Positions 60,601-64,000 of a stretch of DNA of 64,000 bases are shown piece by piece; the stretch's first letter is position 1; every line of letters starts with the position of its first letter. Under the pieces are notes generated by a model. The model saw nothing but the letters and a program-made list of their open reading frames with translations, searched no databases and was not told the origin of the DNA. Location: the NCBI GenBank assembly GCA_963700635.1, contig CAVOYH010000005.1, positions 224,001 to 288,000 on the forward strand. Reading direction: 5' to 3'. The stretch comes from an uncultured Bacteroidota bacterium. Lineage in GTDB: Bacteria > Bacteroidota > Ignavibacteria > UBA10030 > UBA6906. The position numbers and the translations under genes are program-made.

Positions 60601-61796
60601 ACACTGAACCCCGCAACGCGCGATGTCGCGTCGCGTTGTCGTACGAGCATGGCAAAACGCGTTGCGTTGGGATCGTACGTATCAATGCCCGCTCCACCGG
60701 TACCGAACCAGAGCATGCCCGTGCGATCCTGCCACGCGCTCAGGATCGTGTTGTAGCCGATGCTCCGGTTATCCGACGGGTCATTGCGGAAATAGTCGTA
60801 GGTCAATGTGGGGACATCGAACCTCATAAGTTCGCCGGGTGTGCAGAGCCAAAGCCGGCCCGTGCGGTCTTCGAGAATCCGCGTTATGGTTCCCCACCCG
60901 AAGCGGGAGATCGCGTTGTGATGCGGGAAGAGTGTGTACGTCCCGTCCGTCTGTTCAAATCTGACGAGACCACTGGGGGTGCCAAGCCAGAGAAGACCGT
61001 CGCTGCTTTCGTGAACCGCCGTGATCGCATTGTCACCGTCAAAGGCTGGAGCGCGGGGATCTTTGGTCACGATGTGAAAGTGGTCGAAGCTATCGTCGCC
61101 GGGACGAAAACGATCCAGTCCACGCCCCGTCCCGAGCCAGACTGCCCCCTTCGAGTCGACAAGCAGTGCTCTCGCGGTGGTGTGACTGAGACTGCCCGGC
61201 GTACGCGGATTATGGACATACTGCCGTATACGCATTGCCCCGGCCGTCCCATGCGGGCTCTGGATTCTAAAGACACCGTCGCCGTCCGTTGCGATCCAGA
61301 GTGCGCCGGTCGCATCTTCGGCTATCGACTGGATCTTTCCGGGTTCCTGGCTCTGCGCCGAATCGGCGAAGAGCGGCACCCGTTGAAACCGGTCATGGTC
61401 CCTATGGAAGAGGTTCAGCCCGGCATCCAATGTTCCGGCCCAGATAAACCCCCTGCTGTCTTCAAACAACGCTGTTACATAACTGGAAGAAAGGGAAGTC
61501 GAGTCGAATGAATTGTGCTGGTACACGGTAAAGGAGTAACCATCGTACCGGTTGAGCCCATCTTTCGTCCCGAACCACATGAATCCCTTCTGGTCCTGGA
61601 GAATGGCAAACACGGCATTCTGGGAAAGGCCCTCGTTGATTGTCAGATGGTGGAAAGAAACGTCCTGCGTCTGGGCGAGCGCGGGGAGGACGACCACAAG
61701 GAGTAGCAGAGTGGTAATTCTCGTTCTTCGAAGGAATGCCATCATGCGGGATATGTTACATTCGCTGGGAGAATTCTCACGGGACTGAGCCTGCAT
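57624..61796 (-). CDS. Hybrid two-component system (propeller sensor, Y_Y_Y, kinase, receiver, AraC)
   Basis: Reg_prop repeats, YTNLPPGEY, TM, SHEFRTPLT, GTGIGL, TDLMMP, LGFSDQAHFSRAFKKQFG. Confidence 0.96.
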   Translation of the reverse strand: MQAQSRENSPSECNISRMMAFLRRTRITTLLLLVVVLPALAQTQDVSFHHLTINEGLSQNAVFAILQDQKGFMWFGTKDGLNRYDGYSFTVYQHNSFDSTSLSSSYVTALFEDSRGFIWAGTLDAGLNLFHRDHDRFQRVPLFADSAQSQEPGKIQSIAEDATGALWIATDGDGVFRIQSPHGTAGAMRIRQYVHNPRTPGSLSHTTARALLVDSKGAVWLGTGRGLDRFRPGDDSFDHFHIVTKDPRAPAFDGDNAITAVHESSDGLLWLGTPSGLVRFEQTDGTYTLFPHHNAISRFGWGTITRILEDRTGRLWLCTPGELMRFDVPTLTYDYFRNDPSDNRSIGYNTILSAWQDRTGMLWFGTGGAGIDTYDPNATRFAMLVRQRDATSRVAGFSVRSVLEDLAGDVWMSTDVLYKWTRKTGKWKSFETTSDRPDDFGNTGSWSMIQSPTGEMWFATSQGLFRYSPRTGSTRQYVSDPADSSSLREKEVRTVFEDRSGTIWVMTANYLSKLVNAEEGRFKHVRYRRTPPKEQPRPVLWQDRQGQIWIGTEDGLLRFSPGTGTFVEFRTIPHDKASISNNWVKSICPDPRKPDSVLWIGTAGGGLNRLDRATGHFTHFTDADGLPNNVVYGILPDNRGRLWLSTNKGLSRFDAELGTFRNFDVRDGLQSNEFNTGAYFRSSSGEMFFGGINGLNYFHPDSVKDNIHIPQIVLTGLKLDNREISTRDTNPVLTKHITETTSVTLGPGVNSITFEFAALAFSSPEKNQYSYILEPFNPDWVYAGKNRSVTYTNLPPGEYVFRVKGSNNDGVWNEVGTSLAVTMRPSAWRTWWAYGLYAFLVVALLYSLRRYEMNRLRLKNQLQIEQLDAKNLKKLDQVKSRFFANISHEFRTPLTLILGQIDSVMSSGIDPKEKGKLQVALRNAGRLLNLINQLLDLSKIEAGGMELRAESQNVVSFLKNIASAFESLAQQRAIALTFESEADRILVVFEQDKMEKIFYNLLSNALKFTPRGGKITIRVEVTPPGGDFVQIVVRDSGIGISQREIPHIFDRFYQAGNAGTTVHEGTGIGLALAKELVELHGGSITVTSEEGVGTTFVVRLPKLQATHAGEAPAVSSGAVAVPGVPPDEQEGAAHLPGDASSGEVILIVEDNADVCAYIREQLEDLYTIVEAVNGSDGVAKAQEGIPDLIVTDLMMPGVDGYEFTRLIRGDTKTSHIPVVMLTARAGLDDRIEGLERGVDLYLTKPFSAKELRAQVRNLIARREELRKRYSTATIIKPSEIAATSIDKAFLERVIKCIEAHFEDEKFGVEELARDASMSISQLNRKLNALVGQPSGELIRSLRLQRAADLLKQNAGSVAEISYRLGFSDQAHFSRAFKKQFGQTPSAYRKP

Positions 61797-61865
61797 TAGA
61801 ACGCTAAATATACAGAAATGGGGGGCAACAAGAAACCGGAAAGAGGTGTCGATTCGGAGCGGGCC

Positions 61866-61891
61866 GGAACCATTGTGGCGGAGCTTTCGTT
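61866..61891 (+). promoter_or_regulatory. ECF sigma-type promoter
   Basis: GGAAC-17 nt-CGTT; same motif at 54364-54389. Confidence 0.45.
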
Positions 61892-61930
61892 AAGAGAAGT
61901 GTGAGATTCCTTGATCAACATATCCTGTCC

Positions 61931-62335
61931 ATGGGACGCCTTTTCATTCTAGTATTCTTCCTGGCCGCAAGTGGATTTACAGTGGTTCTCCACCACTGTA
62001 CAGAGCAGGAGCAGGCGTGTTGCCCCACGTCAGATCATGGGTCATGTGCCTGCGCCATGACGGATCCGTCACAATCCAGCGACACACCATCGGTCTACGC
62101 TGGAGATTGTTGTGATTCCGTTCTTATTGCTGGTGGCCTGAAAATCGACGATATGGTTGTCGAGGAAGAGTCAGCCACGCGTGTGGTCAAACCGGAGCTC
62201 GTCAAAACTCTCACCGCAGGTTCCCTGTCATTGACCCTGGCTCCCATGAGGATTCCCCATTCATGGATTACTTCGTTTAACATCGCTCCGCCTACGGTGG
62301 AGACGTATGTCCTCAACTCTACATTCCTGATCTGA
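61931..62335 (+). CDS. Cys-rich protein upstream of metal-resistance genes (HYC_CC_PP-like)
   Basis: Hydrophobic N-terminus, HHC, CC, CAC, CC, C-terminal APP...YVLNSTFLI. Confidence 0.75.
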   Translation: MGRLFILVFFLAASGFTVVLHHCTEQEQACCPTSDHGSCACAMTDPSQSSDTPSVYAGDCCDSVLIAGGLKIDDMVVEEESATRVVKPELVKTLTAGSLSLTLAPMRIPHSWITSFNIAPPTVETYVLNSTFLI

Positions 62336-62623
62336 GCATTCTCTTTCTCCCTTTTCGTGGTTCTCAACATGGCATTGCATCGTCCGGCACCGGGACATGC
62401 AAATGCTCAGCGTCACCTCGATAGTCTCATTGCAAAAGCGCTGCAAAACAATCGTCGGCTCTGGGCTGCATTTGAGGACGGAAAGCAGAGGGAATGATGC
62501 AAGGATTACAACACCTGAAAGACCCGATTCATCAAGGTGCAGTTTAGCGTGTACGACTGATCACGCAGAATTGGAACGGAAATACACTTATTGCCATTAT
62601 CAAACACAAAGGAGCAAAGAAAC

Positions 62624-63052
62624 ATGAAACAACTCATAGTAGGAACACTTGCCGTAGGACTGGCCCTTCTTTTCATCGCTGCATCACCGCAGGACGAGCA
62701 GAAGAAGGGGATGGATCAACACAGCCATTTGCAGATGATGGAGATGATGAAGGACTCCTCCATGATGGATATGATGATGGAGCACATGGCCTCAGACGAG
62801 CACATGCGTGCGAGAATGATGCATAAGATGATGTCGCATGCCAAGTCCGATACCTCTTCCATGATGGAGATGTGCAACACCATGATGGGCGACAAGGACA
62901 TGCATACGTGCATGATGAAGATGATGGACGGTGGAAAGAAGGCGCGCACAGACAAGATGATGCATGGTAAGTCGTCGGATATGACCAAGGAGGCACAAAA
63001 GAAGACACAAAAGAAAATGTCTCACGGGGAACATCACGAAGACAAAAAGTAA
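62624..63052 (+). CDS. Secreted Met/His-rich putative copper-binding protein
   Basis: AAGGAG SD, signal peptide, repeated MMxMM, directly before a Cu ATPase. Confidence 0.85.
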   Translation: MKQLIVGTLAVGLALLFIAASPQDEQKKGMDQHSHLQMMEMMKDSSMMDMMMEHMASDEHMRARMMHKMMSHAKSDTSSMMEMCNTMMGDKDMHTCMMKMMDGGKKARTDKMMHGKSSDMTKEAQKKTQKKMSHGEHHEDKK

Positions 63053-63083
63053 ATATTCTTTGACAGCAGGATAAGGACTGGCG

Positions 63084-64000
63084 ATGAAAACACGAACGGA
63101 AGGTATCCCGGAAGAAGAGGAGCATGGGCAGCACCATCCTCGCAATCACCAGCACAAGCAGGAGCTCCCGGTTGTTCGGCCTGCGCACGGGCCGCGGGAC
63201 CATGGAGGGCACGGCGCGCAGCGGGAAGCAGCACGACGAGCGCCACGGTTCCCACGAAGGGCATTCCGTGGAGGGTTTCAAAAAGCGGTTCTGGCGATCA
63301 CTCATCATCACTGTTCCCATCCTTGTGCTCTCTCCCATGCTGCAACATTGGGCAGGCCTCGGCGTTGTCCTCCGCTTCCGCGGAGATGTGTACCTGCTCT
63401 TTGTTTTGTCCTCTCTGATATTTTTCTATGGCGGGTATCCCTTTTTGAGAGGGTTTGTTGATGAGATGAAGCACCGAAGACCCGGCATGATGACACTGAT
63501 CGCCGTTGCTATTTCCACAGCCTACATCTATAGCGCCGTTGTTGTGTTTGGTCTTGAAGGGGAAATCTTCTTCTGGGAAACTGCTACCCTTATCGATATC
63601 ATGCTACTGGGCCACTGGATTGAAATGAAATCAGTGCTGGGAGCCTCAAGGGCGTTGGAGGAACTTGCAAAGCTCATGCCTTCTGATGCTCACAAGATTA
63701 TGCCAGATGGGAAGACTCAAGACATCCCGTTGGGGGAACTTGTGGCAGGCGACCGTGTACTCATAAAGCCAGGAGAAAAGGTCCCTGCGGACGGTGATGT
63801 CGTCGGCGGCGCATCATCCGTCAATGAGTCGATGCTGACGGGTGAATCGAACCCGGTGCACAAGAAAACGGGCGAGAAGGTGATCGGCGGAGCGATCAAC
63901 GGTGAAGGGTCCCTCACCGTGGAAGTGAAAAGAACCGGCAAGGAATCGTTCCTTTCGCAGGTGATCGATCTGGTCAAAGAAGCGCAGCAGAGCAAATCCA
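63084..64000 (+). CDS. copB: Copper-translocating P1B-type ATPase (CopB-like), partial, with +1 frameshift near 63219
   Basis: His-rich N-terminus; frame from 63241 reads FKKRFW, PGMMTLIA, FFWETATLIDIMLLGHWIEM, PGEKVPADG, LTGES and stays open to the window end. Confidence 0.9.

Noticed and set aside
1-64000. CRISPR arrays, rRNA, prophage, reverse transcriptases, full transposases
   Set aside because: None recognised on reading the sequence and ORF track

Overview
A GC-rich bacterial chromosome segment. Several secreted proteins carry NYPNPF-type C-terminal T9SS sorting domains, and the genes use canonical sigma70-like promoters and Shine-Dalgarno sites, so I infer an Ignavibacteria/Chlorobi-side member of the FCB group rather than Bacteroidia. 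1-30.8 kb is mostly core genes: mltD-like, SprE/PorW-like TPR lipoprotein, pyrK-pyrD-folC, rho, thiolase/hbd/acyl-CoA dehydrogenase, three small outer-membrane beta-barrels, CapA, LemA, TPM, a PAS/GAF two-component pair, tRNA-Lys, tRNA-Leu, maf, csp, a family B DNA polymerase and slipin/NfeD. 30.8-34.7 kb is a small integrase-less island bounded by a 14-bp duplication of the tRNA-Ser(GGA) 3' end. 34.8-48.8 kb is a surface-glycan operon ending in a roughly 1800-aa gingipain/PorU-like C25 protein. Facing it is a TIGR03790-family protein with a T9SS tail, followed by a stand-alone IS481-like HTH gene. After tRNA-Ser(CGA) comes an accessory region with secreted proteins, a hybrid two-component system and the start of a copper-resistance cluster. 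Best candidates for something new: the glycan-operon/C25/TIGR03790 module, the protein ending in TWGSIKAMFR, and a possible copper-sensing upstream ORF with alternative RNA hairpins. Three genes show +1 frameshifts that are probably assembly errors. All family calls come from motif recognition by eye; no searches were run.
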